This document shows, one piece after another, positions 1 through 14,300 of a DNA stretch of 64,000 bases (the stretch's first letter is position 1; each line of letters begins with the position of its first letter). The notes beneath the pieces were generated by a model. The model did no database searches, had not been told where the DNA came from, and saw only the letters and a program-made list of their open reading frames with translations. The translations under genes were made by a program, and so were the position numbers. Where the stretch lies: assembly GCF_036321535.1 (NCBI RefSeq), contig NC_087441.1:6944001-7008000 (forward strand), written 5' to 3'. The stretch is from Camelus dromedarius. Taxonomy: Eukaryota.

Positions 1-305
1 CTGGATTCAACCATGTTTGAAATGTTCTGGGTGACAGCTGGGTGTCCTCTCTCCCATGGATTTCCCTGGCCTGGGGTTTGCCTAGACCATCCTTACCCTC
101 CACTGATCCCATTTCTCCACCATTCAATGGACAGTCTCAAAAAAAAAGCTTAAATTTGATTAAAAGGAAACTAAATTAGGGTTGTACTCTCTTTGATAAA
201 ATCATTTCTTTTAAAAGAGTGTAACTCCTATCTGCTATCAGGGAGTGTTTTCCTAAACTACCTGTGACAATGGCTGGTGTGGACGGTCACCCTGTTTGCA
301 GGGGC

Positions 306-360
306 TTAGGGGTAGAGATTACCCAGGTTCTTAGGGGTAGAGATTACCCAGGTTCTTAGG
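306..360. repeat. 25-bp perfect tandem duplication
   Basis: TTAGGGGTAGAGATTACCCAGGTTC x2 plus TTAGG. Confidence 0.95.
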
Positions 361-1209
361 GAAGGAGCCTAAGCAAAGGCCTCGCACGTGTGATCAACCC
401 CCCTCCCTCTGTGGCCAGAACGAGTGGGCCGGGCAGGTGGCCCACAGGGCAGACGGAGAACTTCCCTGCCATTAAGTTTACCAACAGGGCCAGCGAGTGC
501 CCACAGTCAGAGAGGGCCTCATGTCTTAGCAGGAAGGGAGTGGCTTGGAGACTGGACCCCTGGACACAGTGTCTGAGGAACAGCAACACTGGGGTCACAA
601 AGTAAACCTTTGTAAGACCCCAGAGTGTCTGTCTCAGGAGAGGTGTTGTAAAATCCTTAAAAAAAAAAAAAAAAAAAAGTTACTCCAATTGGATAATCAG
701 AAAATGAGGAGGAGGGAAGGGTGTCGACGCCGAGAAGTCTAGTCTGACGCTGGGGTAACTTCCCGCTCCGCCCACTCTCATGCTAATGTCTAAGACGTTC
801 TCATTCCTGGTCAGCAGTTTCAGACGGATGATCAAATTTGTGCAAGACAACCCCCCCTCCAACGCAGGTCAGACTGGGCCACACCCTGGGGTGCTTTATG
901 GTATCGTGGGATCTGCGCTCACGGCGGCTGTTTTGGTAAAAATACCCTGAGGTCTGCTTTCTCGGAAGGAGGAAGAAATCCAGATGAAGCTGAGAAGCCC
1001 TCGTGGGCCTTGAGGGCACACTGCACGCGAGGAGACCCCAGATAGAAAGCCAAGGGGCCGTGCAGGGAGGGTCCGTGCACACCAGGCGGGGACGGGATGT
1101 CCCTGCAATGTAACGGGAGGCACAGGGAAGTGGCCGGACTTGGCTGCTGAGTCAGCAGCTTCTCACTCTCACAGGGAAAAAGCACTAACACCCAGGTAAT
1201 AATTTATCT

Positions 1210-1215
1210 TTTATT
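1210..1215 (-). terminator. Polyadenylation signal AATAAA
   Basis: Plus strand tttatt at 1210-1215, followed on the minus strand by GGGTGTTAGTGCTTTTT (GU/U-rich). Confidence 0.75.
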
Positions 1216-1739
1216 CAAATTGTTGAATACTTTATATTACAGTAAATTTGATTGAAAAAATGAGGAAAGAAATCAATTTTTAAAAATACACTCATGTTTA
1301 AATCAAATAAGCCCGCCAAACGGAACACAAACCAAGGAACCCTACAGGCTGGTTTGCTTCCCACGATATGAATACCATTGAGTCTATATACAATTCTATA
1401 ATGCAAGGAAAGTCGTTCACTAAACACTTCAAGAAAGGAGCCTGCAGCCGGGGAGGGCGGCGTTCCCGCCCCCTGTCCTGCAGACCCAAGGCTGACCTCG
1501 GCCGCCCCCCAAGAAGGAATCCAAGTGCAACGCCAGGGCGAAACACTGGCCCAGCGGCTTTCACGCAATTTCCGTAAGTCACGCACTGTGCAAATTAAGG
1601 CTTCTTATAGGTCGAATGGTTGAGAAACGCTTTTTCTTAAAAAAGCACAGTAAAGGTGGTATCATGAGAACCTGAAGAGGTGAGACCTACACCCCAGATC
1701 TGGAAAAAGGTTATTTCCTCTGACATCTCAGCTCCATTC

Positions 1740-1776
1740 TCTCTCTCTCACACTCACACACACACACACACACATA
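1740..1776. repeat. (CT)n(CA)n microsatellite in the 3'UTR
   Basis: tctctctctctcacactcacacacacacacacacat. Confidence 0.95.
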
Positions 1777-2574
1777 TCAATCTTTGGGTGGGTTGTCTGA
1801 CTTCACCAGCTGACGAAAGAAATACTGATAAATGTGATCTGTGCACCTAGGATTGAAGACGTCATGCAAAAAGCTGCAGCCATTACTGACTAGAGGCAGA
1901 GAGCGGGCGGACCCTCCAAAGCCCAGGCACTGGGACCCCACGCATGTGTGTGGGCACATGCGACCCCTTACAAGACAGGGAGCAAAAGGGGAAAGAGAGA
2001 GAATGGCCTATTCTAACTGAGGATACATCGTGGACCAGTTCAAAATCTCGTATGAAACCATCCAAGTGCCCCAACAGCTTCCCCTTTGACCAGGGGTGGA
2101 CAGGTACGTATGTTACCCGACTACCGGCAGGAAAAAACTGTTGGTTTTTTTTTTTCCACAAACCTGAGTAATTGTCAAAGTCAATAAATAGGAGGAGAGA
2201 ATTAAATGCTAAAATATAATGGTCAAATACCCTACAGGGCCTAAAGCAGCAAGGGTTTTTCTCCAGCACAGCCCTCTGTCCCGAGACCCGTGTGGCCCGG
2301 GCGCATGCCAGGAGGCACTCTACGCGAGGACATGGGACAAAACCTGGGGCCTGGCCCCGCCCTCCGGCAGCTGGAGCCATGCCTCCTTCCCATGCCGGCA
2401 AACCACCCCGGAGAGTGGTGCAGGCCGCCTCCCCCTCTCCCCCACCACGCAAACCCTTCCCTTTTGAAACAGTTTTTGTTAAAGGCAAAAATGACAGAAG
2501 CGTCACGGAGCTGAAGTCTTATTTGGTTGGAGGTGCCGCTGGTGCCGCCGAGCCCGCCCCGCAGGCACGGGGGC

Positions 2575-2973
2575 CTAGATGTGCAGGAGGTCCTCGTCAC
2601 TGTCGTCGTGGAAGGAGTTCACCGGCTCCTGCGTGGCCCGGGGCCGCCCGCTCCTGGCCGGCTCCCCCCGCACCAGCCCCACCCTGTCGTCCGCTCTCTC
2701 CCGGAGCACCTTCCTCTGTGGGGGTCTCATCGGGAGCACGCCGTCGGCCCCGGCCCCTCTGCCCAAGTGCACCTTCACCTCCGGGATGGTCAGGACCTCG
2801 TCCTCGCTGTCCTGCTCGTCCCCGTGCAGGGAGCTGAGGGCCTCGGCCTTCACGGACTTGGTGGTGATGTGGCCGTTCTCCTGACCCTCCTTCCCGGGCC
2901 TTGGCGCCGGCGCCTGGATCTCCTCCATCAGCCACTCTGTCTCGTTCTCATCCGCCTCCTCCTCCTTGTTCAC
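2575..2973 (-). CDS. IGF2R: IGF2R exon 48 coding part (399 nt incl. TAG), cytosolic tail
   Basis: [18 protein letters not shown]...DEQDSEDE...[10 protein letters not shown]; WLM, CK2 acidic cluster and GGA-binding DxxLL motifs; acceptor CGGCAG|. Confidence 0.98.
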   Translation of the reverse strand: MNKEEEADENETEWLMEEIQAPAPRPGKEGQENGHITTKSVKAEALSSLHGDEQDSEDEVLTIPEVKVHLGRGAGADGVLPMRPPQRKVLRERADDRVGLVRGEPARSGRPRATQEPVNSFHDDSDEDLLHI

Positions 2974-5900
2974 CTGCCGGGACACACAGAAACTCCGTTC
3001 AGCTCCTCTGCCCCCTCCCTCCAGGACCCACCCAGAGTCAGGGACCCTCCTCCCTGCCCGCCACAGCCACCATGTTCCCAGGTCCCGGGTCCCCCACCAG
3101 GGAGAGGAAGCTGAGGGCTGGCAGCTCCTGCTGAGACCCGACTGAGGCAGATGGGGTCATGGGGGCAGGAAGGCGGGCCGGCGACAGGAGCCACACGGAA
3201 GACATGTGGATGAGTCCGGTAGGAGGAAACCTTTCAGAAAGCAGTCTGGCAGTTCCTGTCAAGAGCCACAAGTGTGTTCCTGCCCTCTGGCCTAAATAAT
3301 GCTGCTTCTTGGGAAATCTACCTAAAGGGAATCATCCAAATGCCAGATGCACAAAAATGTTCACTACCATGTTTTTTTTGGTAGAACAGCCAAAAAAGTA
3401 GAAGTAACCTAAACACTGAACGCCCTAAGGAAATCAGCTGTGACCACAAGAAAAACTGGAAGATGAAAGGATAAAATGTACATTCATGTCAAGAGCAAAG
3501 AATGATGCTTCCCCTTTGTCTATTTCAAACTGGTGGAGCTGACGGTCTCCTGGTCGTCACTGACCAGCACTGTAACAGCAGCTCGACAGTGTGCGCGTGT
3601 GCACACATGTGTGCGTGTGCGTTGGGGGCACAGTTACCTTCGAGTATTTGTAGGACACATTCACGCTTCTTCTGCAGCAGTTGGTGAGCTTGCTTATCAC
3701 CGTCTCCCTGAAAGGAGACCTTGGTTACTCCGGGGGGAGCCCCTCACCCCCCAGCACTCCCAGCTGGAAACCAGTTCAGCCAAAAGGCTTTGGAATCTGA
3801 CAGAAGTGGATTCAAATCCTTGCTCCATGTCTTCGTGGTGTCCCAAGGACCAGAGTGAGTTATGTGTGGATGTGACGCACCCACACCTCCCACCACCCCA
3901 GGGCCGCACTGAGATTCCTGGGCTGAGGGACGGACCCAAGTCCAGCTCACTCCCAGACCTTCCGCCCCAACCCTATGTCCCTCTGACGGCCTCTCAGGGT
4001 CGGGATGGCGAGGCCAGACCTTCCTACCCACCTGCTGCCTGCCTCTGGCTCACTGGGCAGATGACAGGCAACAGGGAGCCCCCGAGCTGACCCAGCCTCT
4101 GCCCTCAGGACAGGGCTGACCACACACAGATCCTGGGCCTCATTCATAGGTGATGTGAAATCCATCGGACAGTCAGACTGCCCGGGAATGACAAGTCCAT
4201 TCACCAGCAAAGGGAAGCCAAGGGGTGGTGTTGCACCCGGCACACAGCAGGCACCTAACAAATGCCCCCTTTTTCAACGGCAGGGGATCAGCTGATCAGA
4301 AAGAAGCCTCCTCGTTAACAGGGTTTAACTCTTTGTCCATCTGTGGACACACGCAGAGCAATGTCCTGGGAATGGGCAGGCCAGGCTGAGGCCCACAGAG
4401 CATCTGCCATGTGACCTGAGAGGGTCCACGGCCCTGGCCAGACACCTCATCACCTCATCACGGGATTACAGAACAGATTACAAAACACAGTTTAAGAGAC
4501 CGCTTCCAAAGTCTTCATCTAGAACTTCATGACTCTGATGGCCCAGGTTTCAAATGTGAAGCACCGGCCTGTCCCCCTCAACCCGCTTCCCTCTCCTTAC
4601 CGTCGCTCCTTTTTGTAAAGCAGCAGGGTGAGCAGACAGCCAGTGAGCGCCACCAGCAGCAGGCTGAGGACCGCCCCGACGGCCTGGCTCCTCTCCGAGA
4701 GCCCCTTGTGCTCCTGCGTGTCCTCCCCGTCGTCCTCGTTGTCAAAGCCCACCCTGCAGGGAAGGCACATCACTCAGCCACACCAAAGCCACCACCCCAG
4801 CAAGGCCCAGCTCGGGCAGTGGTTCTGACTCTGCAAACCCCGCACAGCAGGACCAGATCCCACCAATACGGAGAACTCAGCAGCGGACGAACTCCTCTGA
4901 CAATGAGATTAAGGTGGGGGGATCGGAACACTCAGGCCTCGTGAACTCTTGTCACCGAGGAAATGAGAGAAGCCCAGCGTGGGGAGCGCAGCCCCCCCCC
5001 AGTCCTCGCTCATCTGCCGCGGGGCTCTGAGGGCACAGACGCAAAAGCTCAGGGAAATGCTGGCTTCACCGGTCTCCCAGGACCACTGCTCCCTTCTCTG
5101 GGAAGAAGCCGTGATCGCAGCCGAGGACTCATCCTGGGACACAGCCTCAGTGCTCCCGGGGGTGAGGAAACACGGGTGGGACACCACTGGGCACAGCACA
5201 GACCCCTGTCCCCATCCAGTGCTGGTAAATCCAAGGACAGAGGGTCGGGGACAAACACAGCAGCCACTCAGTCAGCAAAGGTCCCACAATCCCCACCCAC
5301 GTGTGGGGAGAAGCAGCGCACCTCCACGTGGAGCACTCAAGAGAAGCACTGAAAATACCTAACACAAAACCAAAAACACCCTGACTGACCGTTTCCGCGC
5401 AGAGCCAGACGTCTGTGTAACGACTTGCACTTCTGCCCTTTCTGGCCCTCGCTCATTCCGGGCCAGCACGTCGGCGGTAACAGGACCAGAACAGAAAGTG
5501 TGCCCCATCCCGAGAAGGCGAGAGCAGCGACAAGAAAGATCTGGACGCTTTGGGTTAAGACAGGGGAACTCAAGAGGCCACGTGTGCAACGTGAAGGTGC
5601 TATTAATTCAGAAAAGTATTTAATTCAAATAATGGGGTCAGAGTGCAACCTGACGGCTTGGTCACATATGGATGACGGCTCTGATCAAAATTCAGTTTAA
5701 GCCAATCTTCTTCCGGAACACCCGTTAGATAAGAAACAACAGGACAGGACGGGCTCACACCTCGTGCTCTGCACACTGCAGGCAGGGCTGGCTCTCCGCA
5801 GACGCGGCACCGCGGAGCCAGCCCGGCCTCTCAGGAAGCCCCGAGGCGCGGCCCATGTTCAGAGGTCAGAGATGTTCATTCTGTTCTATGTGTGTTTCAG

Positions 5901-8316
5901 TTCCTATTTTTGGTTTCTTCTGTGAGCCATAAATTATTTAGAAGTGCGTTTTAGTTCCCAAATATATTTCTAATTTTCTGTTCATTTCTTCCTATTGGTT
6001 CCCAATTGCACAGTGTACGTCGTTTATACAGCACCAATGTGTAAATCTGTTGAGACCTGCCTTACGTCCATATTCCTAAAAAAAGTTTTGCCCTAAATTT
6101 TCCAGAAACATGGATGTAAAGCAAGTGAATTTAAGATCAAAAAGGTGTGACCTACAACCTCCCCACTCTGTCCCCACTCTGCTTTCTGCCTGAGTCCAAC
6201 ATCCCTCACCCAGGAAATGAAGGAAACGATTATACGACAAAGATTCATTTTTCTTCTGAACTTGAAGTGTTAGGACAGAGAATGAAAAACCTCTGTAAGA
6301 CAGTGGCCTGGGTAACAGAAAGAAAAGCAGTCCAGAGAAAAGCAGTTCACGGCATTTTGTTCCAGGCAGGGTCGTCTATGAGTGACAGCCCAGCGGGCCG
6401 AGAGCAAAGCTGCAGACGTGAGGGGACGCCCACGTAGGCCGCAGTCACCTCGCTCCCCCCAGGAGTCCTCGGCGCAAAACCGTGTCCTCTCACTTTCCAG
6501 GGAAACCTGGCCCCCAAGATGTCCAAGATCTGCATAACAAGCTTTTCATTCACTCAAATGTAGAAAGCAAGTCACTCGAGTTAACGTGAGATTTACCACA
6601 CTAATCTGCACCAAAACACAAAGAAAAGATGCACTGGGAACACAAAGATGAGACACAGCACCTGCCTCCCAGGAGCCCAGGGGAAAAGTCAGCTGGGAAA
6701 AATGTGCAAGGAAAGTGTGGAGGTGCTCAGGGCTCGGGGCTCGGGGCAAGAAAGCGGCAGGTGGTGATGACGGGGCAGGGCCAGCAAGGGCAGGATGCTG
6801 ACAGCCAGTGAAGCTGGGTTTACCTCTATCTCCTCCTCTGTTTTTTGTTCATGCCAGAATATTTCCACAATAAAACTCCAGGGGAAAAAAACACACATAA
6901 ACTTATACTTATAAAACTTAGGTTTTGAGAGAGGAGGTGAGGGTACAGTTGGTACTTGTCCATCGATGGAGGAAAGTACCCGACCGCAAGCTCCTGCCCA
7001 GGCCAGGACCCCACTTACCCCAGAGGACACACGGCAGAGGTGTACCAGGAGAAGAGGTACTGGCAGTCTGCAGTCTCGTGGCTGAACTCGGGGATCCCGT
7101 CCTTCACCAGTGGGTCGCAGTGGAAGAAGATGGTGGACGAGACAGACTTTGTCTTATCCTTCCCACATTTGGAGGATGAGGCAAACACCACATCCAGATC
7201 GCCATCTGTCAGAAAGGCAGGCACACACACATCACCATTAGCACCGTGTTTCAACAGTGGGACAGGCTCATCTCTTCAGAGTCTGCAAACAGTTTGCAGA
7301 GACTCAGACATAAGGCTGCATCATTAAACGCTCCAGATGAGCTCTCCACAGGCCACTTGACACATTAGGAGCCCCAGCCCTAATTCAGGATGTGGGAAAG
7401 GCTTGCACCACGTGCCAAACGATGCCTGGCCTTTGTCCTCAGCTAACAATGTGAGGCGGAGTAGGGGCTGGCCAGCATATCAGCCTACCTAGAGACCGAG
7501 GTTGGCCACGCAGGCAACCAACCAGCCAACCAGCCAACCAGTCAGCCAGCCGACACCAACAGATCAATCAGCCAAACCCAATAAAACCCCAGACACTGAG
7601 GCACGGGTGGGCTTCCGCAGCTGGTTCCTGAGCTTCTGTGCATGTCGTCGCACATCCATGCTGGGTAAATAGTGCATCCTGACTGTGGAGGGAGAAGACA
7701 GCAGCTGGCTCCCCCGGGACGTCACCCTCTGCGCTGCTTCCACCAGCTGGTTTTAATCTCTATCCTTTCACTGTAATAAACTGTGTGCATGGCTGCAAGG
7801 GCTCTCAGGGAGCTCTGAGCGCTCAGGGAGCTCTGGTGGATTATCAAACCTGAGGTGGGGATGGGAGTTGTCAGAAGTGAGAGGGCCTTGTGTGGACAAC
7901 CTCGGAATTGGCTCAAACTCCTCAAGGGCAGACACGGCTGGAGCACCGGGCAGCGAGGTGTGGAGGCCCCAGCTGTGTGGGCCGGGCTTGGGAAGGCCCC
8001 ACTGTCCTCACCCGTAACTGGCTGTGACCTGAGCAGCTGTCCCACAGGCTGGAATGTGAGCTAGCTTAGGGCCAAGGTGGCAGCTCCATGTCTCGACCAG
8101 AGACAGGGCTTCGTGGTCTCCTGCCCTTGCCCTCACGAGCAATTGTGCCTCACACAGAGTTAACAGTGCATTCCTTACTGAAACGTGAAGAAAGGTCTCG
8201 AAACCACCTACTTTCTGGGGCTGGTACATGAAGGGAGTGAAAAGGTCCAAAAGGGATTTTATTAACCGAGAATAAATAAATACGCACTCACGCCTGTGTG
8301 CACGTGCGCGCACACG

Positions 8317-8355
<39 letters not shown>

Positions 8356-11300
8356 GTTCGGAGCCACAGGAGGCTGATGAGATGGGGCCTTACAGACATG
8401 AAGGTTCTCACTCGTAACTAGACCCCCTACCAGCGCTGTGCTGTGGAGCCTGACCACTACTGCAGCCACACAGCAGCAGTGACCCTGGATTTGAGGAGAG
8501 GGGCTTTGCAGAGAAGGGGACACTGAGCTGAGTGAGTTTGGCAGGAGGAGGAGGGTGGGTGGGCTGAGGCCAGCAGAATGGCCTGCACAGAGGGGACATG
8601 AAGCCTGCGGGAGCTCGTGAATCATCTGGGTGTGTCTGCAGCACCAGCCGCTAATAAAACAAGTTTTCTGAAATCTTCCAGGGCTTTCCTTCTCTGCATC
8701 ATAGGGAACCGTAAGAGGCTTTTAAAGCAGTCCTTCAGTCAGTCAACAAACATTTGCCAAGCACTTACTACGGGGCCAGGCCCAGAGGACAGCACCTCAA
8801 GAGAAGGCCCAACCCAGCCAGTGTGCGACTCCAGCATCTGACTCGGAATTACTGGCAAAGCAGAGAAGGCGAGTGGGCTGACTCCATGACGAGGACACAT
8901 GACAGTGAGTCAGGTTGACCCGGCAGGTCTCTGCCAGGCCCCATGGCCCCATACATGGGCACAGAAACTTCCAGGCTACACCTATTTGGGGAGCGGCTGC
9001 CCCTCCGCCCAGGGAATCTCTCAGCAGCCCCTTTTACATCAGTCGGCTGGTTTTGTAAACTCATTTAACTTTTAAAAAAGCGAGTTCATTCACCTGGTTT
9101 ACAAATCAAATCAAATTTGTTTAAACCAAAAACACACAAGTGGCCTCCTGGAAATATTCTTCCAAGGTCAAAAAGGAATTAGGGAAGAAGCAGATGAAAG
9201 AAAGAGACACAAACTTGCAGTTGCAAAACACGTGTGCCACGGGATGGAGCGCAGTGTGGGGAATGCGGGCAATGCCCGTGCGATACCTCCGTGCGGTGAC
9301 AGGCAGCGGGACTTACCGTGGTGACCGTTCAGAAATGCAGAGAAATACTGTATCACTGTGTTGTCCAACAGGAACTAACACAGTGTTGTAGCTCCATTAT
9401 ACTTCAAAAATCAACAAACTCACAGAAGAAGACATCAGACTGATGGTTCCCAGAGGTGGGGGGAGGAGGAACTGGGTGAAGTTACAAGATAAATCAGCAC
9501 CAGGGATGTCATGTGCCACATGCTAAACATCAGTATTAACACTGCGGTATGCTGTTGAGCGTAAATCCGAAGAGTTCTCACCACAAGAGAAACAATTTTT
9601 TTCCCTCTATTTCTTTAATTTTCTACCTATGACGATGAATGTTCACTAAGCTTGTTGTGGTCATTTCATGATGTAAATCAGTCAAATAATTATGCTGGGC
9701 ACTCTAAACTTACACAGTGCTGAATGTCACTTCTATCTCAGTAAAACTGGAATTTAAAAAAAAAGAACTGGGATTAAAAAAAAAAAAAAAGACCACAGCC
9801 CCATTAGTGCAGCGTGATGGCTTCCTACACACCCACCCAAATCCCTAGGTCAGCTCCTTCCCAACCTTCCTACAAATGTGAAGTCTCCTATCTTCCTGTA
9901 AGAACATCTGCAGTTTCAAAATAAACACACATCCTGACTAAAACCGAATGGAAGGCAATTCCGGACGTGCACACTGTGCCCCACCTCCGCCCCACCTCTC
10001 CACCTCTGCTTTGGCCCAGGTCTGTCCGGTTTGTCTATGAGGTGAAGCTGACCCGCAGTGAAATGCTCGGGTCCCACACGCGCCGCTCGGCCCGTCTGAC
10101 GAGGCCCACGTGACAGACGCAGGGTCAGACCAGGGCTTCTGTGTGAAAATCGACCTGAGGTTTCAACTCAGGGGCGTTTGTTTATGAAGATGCTGAAGTT
10201 CCTTCCAGGAGGTTAAATGTGGGGCGTTCGCGGAGAGAATTACCTTGAACGTAGTACTTGGTTCTGTCGGAAGTTCCGACTTTCCGGCTGAAGTGCCGGT
10301 CGTTGGGCTTCACCTGACAGATGTTGGCCCCGGAGCACGCCGGGTTGGAGGAGCCCGTGATGGAGGACAGCTGGATCTCGTACAGGTACTTGTCCCCATT
10401 CGTTCTCATGTCCCCAGAGGCACTGAATCGCCTGGATACATGGAAAAGGCTGTGGTGACTCCACAGTCCTTAGAGAAAGCCCTCTATCACCTGGACCCAG
10501 AGCCCCGGGGACGGGGCAGGGCTGTGGGACGCTGGCCCCAGCTCCTTTCCCAGCCGGGAAGGGGCCGAGGGCACCATCTTACTGCCCCACCTTCCGCGCT
10601 TGGAGCCTCACGCGCCGCCCGGCACGGCCCCGGACCCCGAGACCACCCCTCAGTGACACTGTGGAGAAACGAAGTCTTCTTCCTCGTGCCAGTGAGCCCG
10701 GAAGGTTCCAGCTCCAAACCCTGGGCTTATCATGAAGTGAGGGAGGAGGGGCGGCTTTATTTTTACACTCAAGACAATTCACCATCATTAGTGTCAGTGG
10801 TGGAGTCATGCTGTCCTCCTGTCTGAGTAAAAGCTGACAATTACCTGGAAAGGTGACTGAAACATACGGGCCTATTTACCTCGCAGCCCCCGGCCAGGGG
10901 GGGGGACCTGAGTGAGGGGCAGCACTCGAACGGGAAACTTTCCACTTACTTGAAATAAATGTCCCCGAGGCTGAAGCTCCGGCCATTGGCAGGGTTGGTG
11001 ATGGTGCCGTTAACCATCTGCACCTCCTGCGGCTTCACGGCGCAGGCAGCCCGCGACTCCCAGCTCAAGTAGTAGGTGCAGCTGTTGATGTCAAACCTGC
11101 AGGGTGCACACGGGCCTGGTCACGGCCACCGACCCGACGGCCCCCACTGCCCATGCCTCTGCCCAGTGAGGGACAGGCCGCCCCGGCGGGCAGGGCTGCT
11201 CTACCGGCCCATCTCAGCACCAGCACCGGGAAGGCGACCCTCCGGCACACCCGCGACGTGACTACGGAGGCAAGTCACCTAGTTTTAAAATGTAGGAACT

Positions 11301-14300
11301 AAACATCTAAAAGCTGGGAAAATGTGCACGGAGACTTTTGAATGTTTACTTTACAAGCTCCTCAGACTCTTAGCTTGATTCGCTCTCCGACAGCGCCTGG
11401 GTCTCCCTCCTTCCAAGCCCAGCTTCTGGGAGGAATTGGTTTGCTCGCGAACAGCGGCTCATGTGCTGTCTGTGTTGGCAGAACGCCTTCCTCCCGCACC
11501 AGACTTGGAGCTGCCTAGAGATTCCCAGTTTAATCCAAGAACATCCCAGGTGCTGCCCCACCTGCTCGTGGGTCCCAGACAGGCTGCCTGAACAGCTGGC
11601 CTTGGGTGGCACCAGTCAGTGCCCTCTTGGTTATAAAGTGGCATCCAAAGACGGAGCCAGTTAAAGCCTGCTTTAGTCTAGTACGTGTGTCCCAGCCTCC
11701 ATGCAGAGACTCCTCCTTGGGCAGGGCAGCCCTGGCCCCAACTCAGGCCCTAAGTCTCAGCAGACAGGCCCTCTCCCGACTGTGGAACCCAAGAACCCTC
11801 CCTGCTGCCCACACACTCCCAACCCCACAAGTGGAAGCCATAGGGAGAAACTGTGACGGGGTCCCGGCCCGCCCTGGGCACAGCTCCCCCAGGGACCCCT
11901 ACACCCTCACCGTGTGAACGAAGGCCGGCCCACTGTTTTGGCACAGGTCAGCTCGATGACAGTGGATGCTGTCTTGTTTTCACCGCACTGATGGCCCTTC
12001 GAGTAAGTCACGACGACTCTGTCATCTGAAACACAGGTGATTGAACTGACATCATTTCCACTGCCTCCCAGGAACCTCGATGTCAAAGTCAAAACCTACA
12101 TTAAGGACAAACATTTGTCTCTCGGGAGACTCACTGCCTGGGTTATCAGCACTGCCAAGCCTGGTGACGGCGCTGGGCCCACATCACTACCTGCACGGCC
12201 AGAGGAGACCCGGGTTCAAGTCCCAGCCCCGCTCCCTGCGCTCACCAGTTCTACAACTGGGCTGCTGACTTTGGGGCTATCTCCTCACTTGGGCAACAGG
12301 AAGACTCCCCCAAAGTGAGCGGCTTCGGGGCTGGAAGGGGGATGCCCTCAGAGCGCGTGCGTGGAGCCAGACCCAAGTACCTGCAGCAGCTACCATCACT
12401 GCCCCAGCTCTGGGCCACCTCTGTGTACTTTTGGGTGCCTTCCCCACCACCCTCGTATCCGAGCCTCCCAGTAACAACAGCGCAGGTGCCAGACCTCCGC
12501 CTGACAAAGTGAAAAGCCAGATGGGGTAGTTCTGGATTTCTCAGATCTCCTGGCTCCACACGGAGCTCTCTCTGCCCCTGGAGATGAAGAAGGTAAAAGC
12601 AGAAGCTGAGGCCCCGAGCCTCCAGAGTCTAAGAAAAGTGGGGACATGCTTTCAGTTGCACGTCTCACAGGGGCCAGCGTGGCAAGCCGGCCAACTCTGC
12701 TGCTGCTGCCAGCTTCTCCCAGTGGCCACCAAGAGCTGTCCCAGGGGGCCCGAGCCCACGCAGCTCGGCAGACAGATGGTGGCTCCAGGGGCCCGCATGG
12801 GGCGGTCCTCAAAGGGAGCACACCCTCCAGCCCAACTCTCACACATCCAACCTCTGTCCTTCAAGGCAGGGGATGCGGAGGTAGGCGAGGTACCAGCTGC
12901 CCAGGGGACCTCCAGGGCACGGCCAAGGTGCAGGGGACCAGGGAACCACTCAAAGGGAGGTGAGACGTGAGGCCCAGCTGCTTTGGGTGAATTTGTTTTA
13001 CCTATTGGGCTGTGTGTGAAATTTTGGAAGAAACAGTTTCACAGCTTTAAGGAGAAATTCTTAAATGGCTGGAATATGGAGCCAACAAGCACAGGTCTTG
13101 ATGGCAGAGTGCCCCCGACAGCAGACAGGCAACACACTCAACCTTCCCTGCCTCAGTTATTCCACCTGTGAAACGGACTCAATGCCTACCCGGCCGCTGC
13201 TAAGGACCACACACATACACAAATGTACAAAGCATGGCTGTTATACAGGACTATTAGTTCCTGGGACAAGAGTCCATCTCTTCATCCCACGAGGCAACAT
13301 GCCCTAACTGAACACGGCGGCCATGGTGACTGTCCTTAGACGGCTGCCCTGTAAGGACCTCAGAGTAACACCCCACCCGCTGTGTCGGGAAACAGGGGGT
13401 TTTACTAGCTAACCTGGTGAGGCTTCAATGTTGCTTTACCAGTTGGCTGTGGGAAACTGAGGGAGAGTCAGGTCAAATATCCAAACACAAGTATGAGACG
13501 GCTGGGACAGAGCCACCCTCGGGCCATGATGCACCCTCCAGGAGCAGGTGGGACCATCTCCGACAGAGGGCGAGCCAGGCTGGAGGTCTGGCCACCCACC
13601 CCCTCAGGGCAACTAGCCTTCAGTTCCAACTTGCAGGGTTTTTCTTAAGGGTGACAGTGGCTCCCTCAGAATCCCCTTCCTCCATTTCCACAGCTCGAGC
13701 AGATGTAATCTCCCTGTGGTTTAATCAGGACAACTCAGGGACCCCTACACTAGCCTAACAGGCAGAGTGAGTGTTTCTCCTTTCCTGCCCTCTGACACAC
13801 CCCAACTGTTCCAAAACCAGGAGAGCCCCACTCTTCCTTTACATAGTGAACTGTTCACTCAACAACCAACTGCAAGATAAATTTTCTATTAAAACTACTC
13901 AAAAAAGCTTCATTATTTATCTCCAAATTATTAAGACCCTACAAAAACATCCTCCTGAATTGTCTTTACCAGGTTCTGTCACCGTTTGACTTTCCAGAAT
14001 AAATGCGCGCACGTGTCTACGGAGACTCAGACACAACCCACAGCTGGAGCAGATTCCGAGGGACCCTGAACATTCCACCCTCCTCCTGGGCACAGGTACC
14101 TTCCCGAGATCCCCGAGCCCTCTGGACACACAGGCTGTGATCTGCCGCCTCAAAGCATCCGGGGCAGAACTTACTTTAATGTTCTGGGAGGTGCCAAATG
14201 CCAGAGAAAGAGTCACTGAGAGTGCCGTCCAAGGTTTCAACCAAGCCAGAGCTGACCCTCCCGGTCACATGAGGACACCCTCAGCTTCCCAACTCAGAAG

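Larger units (their letters stand above)
1190..2574 (-). other. IGF2R: IGF2R 3'UTR (~1.4 kb, 3' end approximate)
   Basis: Runs from the stop codon to the first minus-strand AATAAA I found that has a downstream GU/U-rich element. Confidence 0.75.

Noticed and set aside
2183-2188. AATAAA inside the 3'UTR
   Set aside because: It is on the + strand, so it is not a signal for the minus-strand IGF2R mRNA.
2527-3114. Long + strand ORFs overlapping exons (e.g. 2527-3114, 31983-32477, 14361-14885)
   Set aside because: Antisense shadows of GC-rich IGF2R exons with no independent protein features.
7840-8030. LRR-like snippets GGLSNLRW and LTRNWL on +
   Set aside because: Isolated short motifs at chance frequency. 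They serve as a reminder that the weaker LRR hits elsewhere may be noise.
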